Shown here piece by piece: positions 1-10,374 of a stretch of 61,729 bases of DNA; within the stretch, counting starts at the first letter, position 1, and every line of letters begins with the position of its first letter. A program made the position numbers and the translations under genes. A model generated the notes under the pieces. It searched no databases, was not told the DNA's origin, and worked only from the letters and a program-made list of their open reading frames with translations. The DNA is from Macrostomum lignano. Lineage: Eukaryota. The stretch is from the NCBI GenBank assembly GCA_002269645.1, contig NIVC01004075.1, positions 1 to 61,729 on the forward strand, written 5' to 3'.

Positions 1-671
1 GCTACTCTCAATCAACGGCTCCCTGTGCATCCGGCCTGAGTTCACTCGCACCATTCCCGAGGGTGAGCTCCGAGCAGCCTGCGCTTTCCTGTGCAGCCGG
101 GAGCCCAGCTGCCAGGCCTTCACCACCGCCGCCGGACCCTGCCAGCTGTTCGTGTTCGACAGGTGCAGCAAGTCGGTGAGGAACTGCAGCAGCTGCTCCT
201 CAGAGGTCGCCTGCTCGTCAAGCAGCAGTCGGGTCTCCCGCCCGGCTCGCTGTGTCCGTCTGACTTCGGCGACGACCGGTGCGGAGTGAAGTACAGACTA
301 TACTCTGAGTTGGGTTACTGGGCAGCTCAGAAGCAACGGTGCGAGTTCGGTGGCGGCCTGGCAATGATGGCGGATGCGGTGGACTTAGCCGAGATGGACT
401 ACATCAACCAGCTGTACACCAAGTACAGTCTGAACCTCAATCTGTTCCTGGACGGCTACCAGCCAGCAGGCAGTGCGGAGCCGCGAGGAGGCTGGGTGTG
501 GAGCACCTGCGGCATCACCGTGAATGAGAGTCTGTGGTACGGCCATGAGCCCGACAACAACGGCGGTAACGAAGAAGCCCTCGCCAGAGGGTCGTCTACG
601 GACGGCTTCACGACGTGCGACAGAACACGGACAGGGGCGTCGTGTGCGAGTGCGTGTCACCCTTTGACTAG
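1..671 (+). pseudogene. Partial, frameshifted copy of the PAN/apple + C-type lectin gene (5' end outside the window); pseudogene or consensus error
   Basis: Near-identical reverse complement of the intact gene at 19994-20758, with at least 4 single-base indels (near positions 10, 60, 200 and 600). The homologous stop TAG is at 669-671. Confidence 0.75.
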
Positions 672-1200
672 ACATTGATATCGCCGTTTTGGCATTCGAT
701 AGATTTCTTGACCGCTTGTTCTTCAGAGTCCCAAAGCTTTGTCTTAAGGCTTTAAATCAGATAGTTTTTTGGCGGTGTCGCACTTACAAAAACTGCATCT
801 GCCAGGGGAAAAAGACTTTGGATTTGATGCTTTGATTCCCACCGCCATCAAATGCATGTAATTTTTGAGGAATCGCACGAATTTGTGTATTATTTTCGTC
901 GCTTTGTACACCAGTCATGTGATAAAATGACTCGTGAAGAGGCTTTTGATTGTTAATTTGAGTATGGACCAGGAAGTCTTACTCAAGTGCTTGATCTTGT
1001 GCGCGCTATAAACTGCCAGCATTCCGCATGTAAGACTCGTACGTCTTTAGTGCTTGCAAATATCGCTCTGACCCACCGACTGGACCACTACGATTACGCA
1101 ACACCGAACTGCATGTTGACTGAATTGAAAAAATGGCTCTCTACGCTACAATACACAATCAGCTGTTGATCATAACCGATACTGCTTTGTTCACTGGCCT
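1..1200. repeat. Left arm of an inverted segmental duplication (partner ~19455-20668)
   Basis: The lectin CDS plus ~520 bp of 3' flank match the reverse complement of 19455-20668, with divergence rising away from the CDS. Confidence 0.9.
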
Positions 1201-1771
1201 AGCAAAAATTCAGCGACAAAGTCGAATCCACATGGCGACAGCAAATATTGAGAATGCGGGAGCAGCAATGTGACTTTTCTATTTTTGTGGAAAATGTAGC
1301 CAGAAATTCACAATTGAAGGAAGGCCTGCATTAACGTGTAGCGAATTGAGCAGATGCAATTTCTGTCTGCGGAAGCTTCATATCGCATAGACGGTACCCC
1401 GTTCTAGAGACTATCGGTTGGCTGCAGGTTACTAGCTAATCTATCTGTGCTAATGCACGAGCATTGTAATGCTATTTAAACAAAGGATCGATAGATCGTT
1501 TCATCGTGAAGGCTGTTTCAGACTGGTTTGTTTTTAGCCTAACTGCAGCTATATATGTAGGCTCGTAAAATCAGCCGATCTTCCGTTGCTGAGCATGAAA
1601 TCTAGTTGGTCTGGATCGATTTCCAGAGTAGACTTGACATCATGGGTTTTTTTTTAGAGGCAGGGGGGTTGTGTGCACCCTGGCGCACTTAAGCGACATT
1701 AAGCACACAACCGGCGAGAGCATTACTGCCCATTCGACGACTCCCCTGAGCAGGCATACAAGTGGCGGATA

Positions 1772-1820
1772 CGTACGCAGGCACACACGCACACAGGAGT
1801 GTACAGCGGCCCTAACTTAT
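1772..1820 (+). repeat. Short dispersed repeat family copy (core CACAC..CACACAGGAGTGTACAGCGGCCCTRACTT)
   Basis: Related copies at ~17324-17404 (+), ~18185-18265 (-), ~36200-36275 (+), ~38015-38075 (+), and partially at ~23470-23495. Confidence 0.6.
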
Positions 1821-3228
1821 ATTATGAGTTCCCACTCCTTTTCCAAGGAGAGAGCGTGCAAAAATGACGAAGTAGAAGAGAATGTGACGTTATTATACGC
1901 ATGGGTGCATTCTGATGCGAACAATGGGCGGGTTGCGCAAGGGATCAGGCGGGGGAGAGAGACGGGCAATCATGCGTGACTGTTTTATAATTTCAGGCAT
2001 CGACCACTTGAGTTCAGAATTTAAACTCGGAACCGTTAAATAGAAAATTGTATCTTTTGTAACCTAGAAAGCGAACAAATGATGAAGTGAATTAACATTT
2101 TGTGATGCACATGGCGAACAAGTCAAAACTGCAACTGCGATTTAAGTGTCAGACCACATGTGTGTGCTCAATCAGATGTTTTCACCGGCCAAGCAGCGGG
2201 CAGAAAGCAGTAAACTCTTGGCAACCGCGATGACATCCACTGTCTGGTAAACTCTCAAGCTCGATTTGCACGGCTGGCATGACTTGTCTGAATTTAACTG
2301 GCTCTGTGTCTTAAACTCAATGCTCTGTCTGCGCCTGGGCTACAGACAGACCATAGAAGGTGTTTTGACCATAGACAAAAGTAGAAGCATTGGTTGAATA
2401 TCATTGGCAGTGTCTTAAAATGAATACTTGAATTCTTAAATAAAATTAAATATTCTATAATGAGTATAGACGTGAGAGTGCATGGCTAACAGAGTTCGAG
2501 GGGAAGCTACACCTTTTTCCATTCTATTTTGGCAAACGTGCAATCAAAGTCGAAATCTTTTCATTCAATTCAGACAGTTTATGGTAGTTCTTGGCCGGAC
2601 GTGCATTCAATTCCGACAAATGTACTTTCAAAAGCGACAATTTTCAATCAAAGCAAACAAGCTACCACGAGAAACCGACACTTTGCAATCAATTCTGACA
2701 GTTGGCTATAAATTGGCTTTTTCTGTCCTCCTATCTATGGCTCATACTGCGAAATGTCCAATCAATTCCGACAAATTTCAATCTATTTAGACAAGCTACT
2801 TTTACTTTGGGTGGGGCCAGGGCTAAATGCCATAGACACATCATGGAGAGAAACTTGGAGATTCGGAACACCCATAGATTTAACCTTGCACCAAAGCAGC
2901 ATATCGGCGTGATATGCTTGAGTGAGTAACGAATAGTACTGTAAACGTCGTCACCGGAGCCAACTGCACGGCTTAGTACAACCATTGTCTGACTTATGTA
3001 CCGCGCTGCTTTGCGGAAGTGCCGATTGATGGCTAAAATCTGACTGCTGAATCTTTATGAACCTCATGAACTCTGCTGACTGCTTCAGTTTAGTTGTCCT
3101 GTTGCATTTTGAAGTATACTGTAAATGTACAGTACATGTAGTATGTACTCCAATGGCTTGTCTAAATAGATTGAAATTTGTCGGAATTGATTAAAAATTT
3201 CGCAGTATGCGCCATAGATAGGAGGACA

Positions 3229-5442
3229 TGATGTAACCGCCCTTGTCGCCTGTCCGCTCCGTAGAGAGACGAACGCATGGCTAGAGGGGGCAATGACCGT
3301 AGGCTGCCTATGACCGGGCAATGACCTGACGGACCTCCAGCACCAGACTGTCCCGCCCACATGATTAGTAGCTTTGGTAGCGCTTCGTGACCAGAGGGCC
3401 AAGGACCCACATGGACCCCACCTGTAGCCAAGGTGCAATAGTTGGTCACTCGGTCATAGTATGACCGAGTGGCTGCCACCACTCTATGTGACCTGGCGCA
3501 CCTGGATCTTTCTACCAGACCTCTCGAGGCTAGAGCCCCGCCTGGATTGGTTACCAGGGGATTTAGGCTAACAGGGGAGACGCATGCAGCCGAGTACAGG
3601 GACTCTGCTTGGGGCATGATCGGGAACTCTGGGCTCAATCCTGGAGGATTTCTCAGCAGGGGATCCTTTGTGGCTGTGAGCGAGGCTGACTTGCGACTTT
3701 GATTACTAAGAGTAGTATGAGGCGAACATGTACTGTCTACAGTTTAGATTGCTCAGGGCGAAGGGACGCGTTAGCATGGGGTTGCAACCTTCCTACTGCC
3801 ATTCTGTGCCAAGACTCGCTAATCCCTCTACTGCACGCACACGCGGCCCCGCAGCACGCACTCACAGGCGGGCTTTGCACGGGGAGAGGCCATTAGCTTA
3901 CCCAAACTTCCTTATGCTTTGCCACCCCGGGAGAAAGGCTTAGCAAGCCATGAGTGAAATGATGGTGAAAGATTGAATAATGATGAAGTTAGTTAATAGT
4001 TAATAATTAGGCCCTTAGGCAAATAAGCAGGCAATTAGGCGGCTTCACTATTGAGTAAAATACAGCAAAAGATACGGTATCACAATTGGCTCAGCTCTCT
4101 AATCAGACAATGGAAAATAGGCAAACCCCGGATAAGCAAAGGCAATTAGAGCACAAATTAGTAGCAGGAACTTACCGGCAGCTGCACAGAGAGAGAGAGA
4201 GGCGGAGTGACCGAGGGCGGCTGTAGGCTGCAGTCAGGCAGACGGTGAAGCGGCGATGCGCTGGAGCGACGAGGCGCTGATGTAGATCAGGCGATGCTGA
4301 TGATGCTGGGCGGTATCAGACCGCTGGCCGATAGGCGAGCTCACTTGGGGAGCTAAGGATAACTTGGCGGTAACAGACCGCGGCCGGCAGGGATTCGTCT
4401 TATAGACGAATGGGTCAGAACTCAATCTGACAGCAAGTCCAAAGAAGGACGAGGAGAGGAACAGAGATAAACTCAGTTGAGTATTCTCATGCCGAAATCG
4501 CTTCCTTTTATAGACCTCACAGCCGCCTCCTCAAGGTCGTTACCATGGCTCCCTCTCTCTGATTGGCTGCCGGCAGAATGACGTCAGAATGAGTCATGAT
4601 GAGAAGCATGAGACCGGCATAGCAACATGAGAAATCGGGAAATTGCGCAATCCGGAGGTGGGGTGGGGGATAATTGGCGCAGCGGGTGGTCGCGAAAGTG
4701 TTGCGCAAGCAAACATTGAGAACAATAGGGCTGGGGTCGAGAACAAAGGAATTGGAAATCGGGGATAATTGGGGAAAACTGAGAACAATGGAAAAGTAAA
4801 CATTGGAGAAAAGGTGATAATTAGGTGCGAAAACGAGAACAAAAGAAAGAGAAAATCGGAGAAAATGTGATAATTGGTGGGGGTCGAGAGAACAAAAGAA
4901 GCAAAAACGAGAACAATAGAAGCGGAGGTGGGGTGGGTGTCACATGAGAAATTTGGGAAGGAGAACAATAGCGTGAGAAAAGGTTGCGCAAGAGAGGGGG
5001 ATGAGTCATCGATGAGTCACCGAGGGGGAGAAGGGGTCACACGACTTGCGTCACCGTTTGGGAGTTTGAGAGGGGATGGGGAGACGGTGAGCACACAAAG
5101 TACTGTAAGTAGACACAGGGAAAGAGGGGACAGCGCAGGAAAAGAGTGCAGAGGGAGACAAAAAAAGGAGGAGGTAGAGAAAGTACAGGAAGAATAGGGC
5201 GGGAACAGAAGAGATAGGGTAGAGGGGGAGGTACAGAAAGGGGTAGGGGCTCCGGAAAGGCAGGTGTGGCGGCAGGAGAGACGGGACCAAGGCAGCAGGA
5301 GGGTGCAGCAGAGCGGGAGTCTCCAGGCCCGGTCGGAGACCTGGCCGAGTCTCGACAGCTCTGTGCAGAGGGTGCACGGGATAGGAGGCACTTTCGAAAA
5401 AGTTCCCATGCCCTATCCCGCGACCAGAGCGTGGTTACATCA
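3229..5442 (-). repeat. 3' LTR (2214 bp)
   Basis: Direct repeat of 14169-16384 with about 7 differences by eye (3 substitutions, 4 one-base indels). TG...CA ends with 10-bp inverted termini. Confidence 0.97.
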
Positions 5443-5459
5443 CACCCCCACTGCCTTTT
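5443..5459 (-). other. Polypurine tract (AAAAGGCAGTGGGGGTG) before the 3' LTR
   Basis: Purine-rich run directly abutting the start of the 3' LTR on the minus strand. Confidence 0.7.
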
Positions 5460-6501
5460 GTGACGGAACTGGTTCCGTCATCATCACTGCCCAACATGGA
5501 ACCACACAGACGGGAGCGGGATCTCAACCGAACGTGAAATCACAGAATTAACAAACCGCGAGCGGGAATGGAAAAAGGCGATAAAATAGAGGGGATAGCA
5601 ATAAATTCACAAAACGAGATACATAGGTTGGAGTGCAATACAGAATTTCAAAAATTTCAACTGTTGCTGTGGCTAAAGTGGGAGGGGGGAAACACAGACA
5701 GCGCAATAGTAGGGAGAAAAATAGCGAATTGTCAACAATAAATTATCATAATTGGATAGAAGCGCAGCTGGGAAAGAGAGGAAACGGGGAAGGGTGAGGG
5801 AAGTGGGGAAAAAGAAGGGGGAAGGGTTGCTAGCACACAGCCAAGGGCAGAGCCTCGGGGAGAATGACGATTACACAGGGGAAAAATACTAATGCAGCGC
5901 AGTAAATTAATAAGCTAATTTCGCCGGGAGTTCAACCGCACGGAGGCCTAGCGTCCTTGAAGGCTCGGACCCCGCTTCAGCCAGTCAGAGGGCTTCGGGG
6001 CGATCGGTTGTAGGCTGGGAGGCGCCGCGCCGTGCGCTGGCCACTGTATAAAAGGCGCCACTGATAACGGGAGCCGGCTGCCTGCAACCTACACGGAGTC
6101 GCAGTTTCCAACCAAGGCACTCAGCGCGATTTTCCAAACTATACAACTACTCGGTAAGTCCCATCACCAACCTGATTTCCTTTCGCCTATACGTTAAACG
6201 AAATCTACCCACTCGCCATGCCTTTCGTTTTAAACTGAGCCAATTGCAGTAATAATATATGGCCTTTCTTACGGTAAAAGTAGTGAGCAGCCAACACAGA
6301 GCCATTTTTAGGAATTTTTAGAATAATGACACAACAATGACTCGTATATTGGTTATTAAAGTTTAAAAATGAATATTATGGAAGAACCGAATATTAATAG
6401 GATAATTTCACACACACACACACGACAAACACACAACGCAAGGGGGCGGAAAGGCGGGTCGGACCGGCCGGCGGACGTCGCTCAGCAGGCAGTCAGCATC
6501 C

Positions 6502-7851
6502 TTACTCGAAATGGGCCTCTTGATTTAGCTGGTACGGGCCATATGCCGCCACCTGAGCCATGGCACTTGCCCATGCTTCCACATAACGTTGGGCTGCCGC
6601 GGCCGTGAGCACCACTCGGTGCCATCGGCTAGGCAAGATGTCGTTGCGCAGCACGCCCCTCAACTGCGGCAGAGTCGGGATGCCCAGGGCTTGGCATTGG
6701 ACGACGAAGGCCGCATTCCGTACTTGTTGCAGCCGTGTCAGAGTTGGTGCAGACAGGGGCGGCTGCGCGATTGCAAAATGCTGCAAAGTGCCACGGGGCA
6801 CCTCGGCCAGGCCCGCGTAGCCGGGCTCAACGTCGCCCAGGGCCGCCAACACCCACCCACAGCGGCGATTGAACCGTTGCGAGAGAGTGGCGGCCCAGGC
6901 CACTGTGGCAAACGGCGCATAGAGGAGGGGCGCAGAGGCCGGCGCGGAGGCCGCAAGAATGCCGTCGTGGATGACGAGAGCCTCTTCCCATTCGGCGCCC
7001 TCGCTCAGGAAGCCCCAGAGCAGCCCTGGCAGGTCCGCAGGAAGCATGCCCCAGCGGCTGGCCAAGCTGGCCAGGCCAATCAATAGCCGGGCTCTCTGGG
7101 TTGGTGTCAGTTGTCTAGTCATCTGAGAGGAGGCTGCGCAGCTGATGATCACCTTCTTGTAGACCGGCCGATCGCAGGTGCTGAAGATTGCTGTGATGGG
7201 GGCACAGGACGGCGGCCGGGCTGTCAGGTGTGATGGTTCCTCATCCACAACCTTGCGGAGGAACTTGGCGGCCTGCCGGACTAGGTCGCCGAGGGCGTAT
7301 TTGTAGGCGCTCTGGGCCGCTGCCTCGATGTACATTAACAGCGTATTGTCAACCAATCCCAGCAGGGCCGCTTTTGACAGGATGAGCAGACAGGGCCGGT
7401 CCAGGTTGTCGCGAAGTTGGCGCTCTAGAGTCGCATGCCTGTCCTCGGCCTGGAGTGGGCCATGATAGGACTCAGGCCCGACCCAGTGCACCAGATCCAT
7501 AGCTGTCGCCGAAGGTTCGCCAGCCACCTGACCCCAATCGACTTCTTCTCTTTGCAGGGCGATGTCCACACTTCGGCGGCTGTTGGGCAGAACATCACGC
7601 AGGCGGCGGGCCGCCTCGCCGAATTCGGCCGCCAGGTCCGAAATGTCCGCGGTGTCGCCCCCAGCATTGGCCGGGTCGATTGTCTCGTCACCTTCTTCGA
7701 CCCTGGCGGAGGCCGCCGCTGGCGGCTCGGGGCCGTCCTCCGCCTCTTGGATGGCGTCACGGGGCCGCTTTCGGCTAACTGGGCTGGCAGGACGCTCAGA
7801 CGGTAAGCTGGAGCATAGCTGAATTCGATTGATGGTAGGCTTCGTGTCCAT
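6502..7851 (-). CDS. 449-aa accessory ORF of unknown function inside the LTR element (env position, not env-like)
   Basis: Long GC-rich ATG-initiated ORF with a basic RKRPR motif, an acidic N-terminus and a Leu/Ala-rich remainder. Same strand as gag. No recognisable RT/IN/env motifs. Confidence 0.75.
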   Translation of the reverse strand: MDTKPTINRIQLCSSLPSERPASPVSRKRPRDAIQEAEDGPEPPAAASARVEEGDETIDPANAGGDTADISDLAAEFGEAARRLRDVLPNSRRSVDIALQREEVDWGQVAGEPSATAMDLVHWVGPESYHGPLQAEDRHATLERQLRDNLDRPCLLILSKAALLGLVDNTLLMYIEAAAQSAYKYALGDLVRQAAKFLRKVVDEEPSHLTARPPSCAPITAIFSTCDRPVYKKVIISCAASSQMTRQLTPTQRARLLIGLASLASRWGMLPADLPGLLWGFLSEGAEWEEALVIHDGILAASAPASAPLLYAPFATVAWAATLSQRFNRRCGWVLAALGDVEPGYAGLAEVPRGTLQHFAIAQPPLSAPTLTRLQQVRNAAFVVQCQALGIPTLPQLRGVLRNDILPSRWHRVVLTAAAAQRYVEAWASAMAQVAAYGPYQLNQEAHFE

Positions 7852-7942
7852 GTCAAGCTGGATAGTTCATAGAATGCTTCAGCGATTGAAGGACAGAATG
7901 ATTTCTCTGATTGATGATTTCCAGCTCTGGCAGGCGTGGGTC

Positions 7943-8080
7943 TTCTTATAGTGCCGGGGCTGGCTTCCCATTGGTTGAGCACATTGGGAGGCACACCTGC
8001 TGCGGCCGGGGTCGCCGTTGGCTTGGGACCGCTCGCTCTAGTCTCCGTGCGCTCTGATTGGCTGGTTCCGCCGCTTCCTG
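7943..8080 (-). promoter_or_regulatory. Putative internal promoter for the 449-aa ORF
   Basis: Minus strand: CAGGAAG (8074-8080), CCAAT (8057-8061) within CTCTGATTGGCTG identical to the LTR CCAAT context, TATAAGAA (7943-7950), then ATG at 7851. Confidence 0.45.
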
Positions 8081-8394
8081 TTTCCTCACCTGTGAGCAGG
8101 GGGCAGACCCGAGACCACCTCCGGTCGCGCCCGCGGCAGATCCGTACTCCAGCCGACAGAGATCGCACTCCCACCTCACATGCACACATTCAGATCAGGC
8201 ACACAAATTAATTTGGTTAATATGAATAGAAGAGGGATTTGGGAGATTAGACTCCGGAGGATAAATGATGATGCGGCCCAACTCCCTTCGATTTCTTCCT
8301 TCAACGCCACGCGCACGCAGTTCTCATCCATGCCTCCGAGACCCTCATAAACTTAACAGCCGAAAGAATTCGAAAGAGGAATTAATCATTAATT

Positions 8395-8765
8395 TGACTG
8401 CCACCAGTTTGATGTACTATTATAAAAGAGAAAGGGGAACCTACCACCATCTTGGCGCATTACCAAAGAAAAGAAAAGGAGGATCAGCCACCATTTTGAG
8501 AGAGGTTGCTAGGGAAAACTGCCACCAATTGTACATTAACAGGGAAGAGAAAGAGGGAACCCGTCACCAATTAGAGTGGATTGCCCGGGGAAACTGCCAC
8601 TATTTGCCCTTCTACCAGAGGAGAGGAAGACGAAAAACTGCCATCCTTAGAGGTGTATCATTAAAAGAAGGCGGGGAAGAAGGCTACCACTACTTGATCA
8701 CCTAGAGCTCAAGGGAAGGAGAGGGAATGAAGAAAGGAAGAAACCCCCAGGAAGGCCACTACCAC
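8395..8765 (-). repeat. Array of ~9 degenerate TGGTGGCAG-type motifs separated by pyrimidine-rich spacers
   Basis: On the plus strand RCCACCA-type motifs near 8400, 8444, 8487, 8521, 8563, 8596, 8640, 8685 and 8760, mostly 32-48 bp apart. Confidence 0.6.
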
Positions 8766-8855
8766 ACGCCATAAAGTTAAAATCCCCATCTATCTACATC
8801 CTAATACCCGGCTAGTTCCCTACTTCTATTTCATCCCTTAAATTCTCATTTTCAG

Positions 8856-9262
8856 GATTCCGGCCGCTAGTAGCCGAGCCCATCCTTGAAGAGGAGTCCG
8901 ACTACGAAGCGCCCGAAGACAGCCATTCAGAGCCGGACGCCCCCTCTGATTCTGGGCCGGCTGCGCCATCTGGTGACATAGGCGCCGCGGCTCCCGGGCC
9001 ATGCGACCGCCGGGCCGCCAGCGAACCAGCGTCCGGGGCCGGTTGGCATCCGGTACCACCGCCGTTGTCAGCCCGAGCGCACGCTCCGCCGCCGGTCGCC
9101 GCGGTGACGCCCGTGGCTGCCGCTCCACAGCCCTTGCCAACCCCTGTGGTGGAGACCGACGGCTCCTGGCATTTGGTCGTGCTGTCGACGGCCCTAATAG
9201 CCGGTCTCACAATGCACTGGCTACTGCTCTTGGAGCTATTTCTGCGGCTTCCCAACTGCTGA
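8856..9262 (+). CDS. Antisense coding exon inside the LTR element: acidic/Pro-rich segment with a C-terminal hydrophobic anchor (~135 aa)
   Basis: Acceptor ...aattctcattttcag at 8855, then an open frame FRPLVAEPILEEESDYE...WHLVVLSTALIAGLTMHWLLLLELFLRLPNC* (extends ORF 9065-9262 upstream). No start codon identified. Confidence 0.5.
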
Positions 9263-9849
9263 TGCTGGTGGTTCTTAATGCTTACTTACTAATTCTGAAC
9301 TATCTGTCCCCATAACTTGACTTTAATTACTTACCTGACTTTACATTGACTAAACCACTGGCCTACTCTAAACTAATTGCTGCCCCATTTGCCTGATAAA
9401 CTTAATTACATTGAAGGCCCCCCCCTATTGCCTCATCGAAACCAATTAAAAGTTTCCCAAAATCGGACTTTCACAAAGTGTGAACAAACACACGAAATCA
9501 GACCTAAAGGTGCTAATTTCCTACGGTCCCAGACTTCCATTGTTCCCAGAAAATCTTAAACAGCGGGGCAGGACCTCCTGTGGAGCAGACCCATAGAAAT
9601 TTTACTAGTTTCCAAGTTAATATTTACTGATAGGGAATTAACGCATACTGTACGGGCCTAATTTTCGAGCTAAAATCTTAGATATTTAAACAACACCAAC
9701 GAGCACGAGGTCACAACATAAATTCGAGTAATAGAGGGCATACGTAAATACGCGAAAAGCGGTCTCCAACGGGGCAACACGAGCAAAATTTCGACACGCG
9801 AATCGGGGGGGGGAATTAAGCAATCACTGGCTAGCTACCGATCTGTTAC

Positions 9850-10374
9850 TCAGCGGGGGTCGAATGGGAGACTCACACCTAGCAAGTAAACCTTTTCTGT
9901 TCGATAGTCTATGATAGCATGCGTACTGGCTAGAAAAGCACTACCCAGGAGGGAAACTGCTGCTGAATTGCCAACGACCAGAAAGAGGATTCTCACCTCT
10001 TCTAGCCCAATAACTGCTGTGAGGGTGGCCTGGCCTAGCATCTCTAATTCATTGCCCGTGTAGGACACGGCCTTCACACATGGGGGCTCCAGGGCCTCCA
10101 CACTCTGTCCGGTAATTTTAGTAAAGTCTTTGACTGTTAGCAAAGACAGCGCACTGCCCCCATCTACCAGGAGGCGGGTGGGAACATTCTCAATTGGCAA
10201 CTCTACAACAATATCTCTCCCGCGTTGTCCTCTAGCTGGTCTTGGCTGATAGAAATCGGGTACCTTCTCAAATCTAAACTTCTTGCTGGGCGGACGTGGC
10301 AGGTTAAGCTGGGCCCTAGAGAGGGAACGGGGCTGAGTTCGGGCCGGGCCATTCAGCCCTCCCACGGGTTTCCC
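9850..10374 (-). CDS. Retropepsin-type aspartic protease, reached from gag by -1 frameshift
   Basis: LLVDGGSALSLL catalytic motif and C-terminal SLLGSAFL...IIDY. Overlaps the gag 3' end in the -1 frame at GGGAAAC (10368-10374). Stops at 9850 with no downstream RT. Confidence 0.88.
   Translation of the reverse strand, partial: GKPVGGLNGPARTQPRSLSRAQLNLPRPPSKKFRFEKVPDFYQPRPARGQRGRDIVVELPIENVPTRLLVDGGSALSLLTVKDFTKITGQSVEALEPPCVKAVSYTGNELEMLGQATLTAVIGLEEVRILFLVVGNSAAVSLLGSAFLASTHAIIDYRTEKVYLLGVSLPFDPR

Noticed and set aside
2860-2900. HRFNLA resembling a hAT transposase CxxH-LNL motif in the MITE interior
   Set aside because: Too short, the Cys is missing, and the TA flanks do not fit the 8-bp hAT TSD.
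3085-5551. Short ORFs duplicated in both LTRs
   Set aside because: Mostly non-ATG or low-complexity; several differ in frame between the two LTRs; no recognisable domain.
6502-7851. env gene call for the 449-aa ORF
   Set aside because: No signal peptide, furin site with fusion peptide, or C-terminal TM anchor visible.
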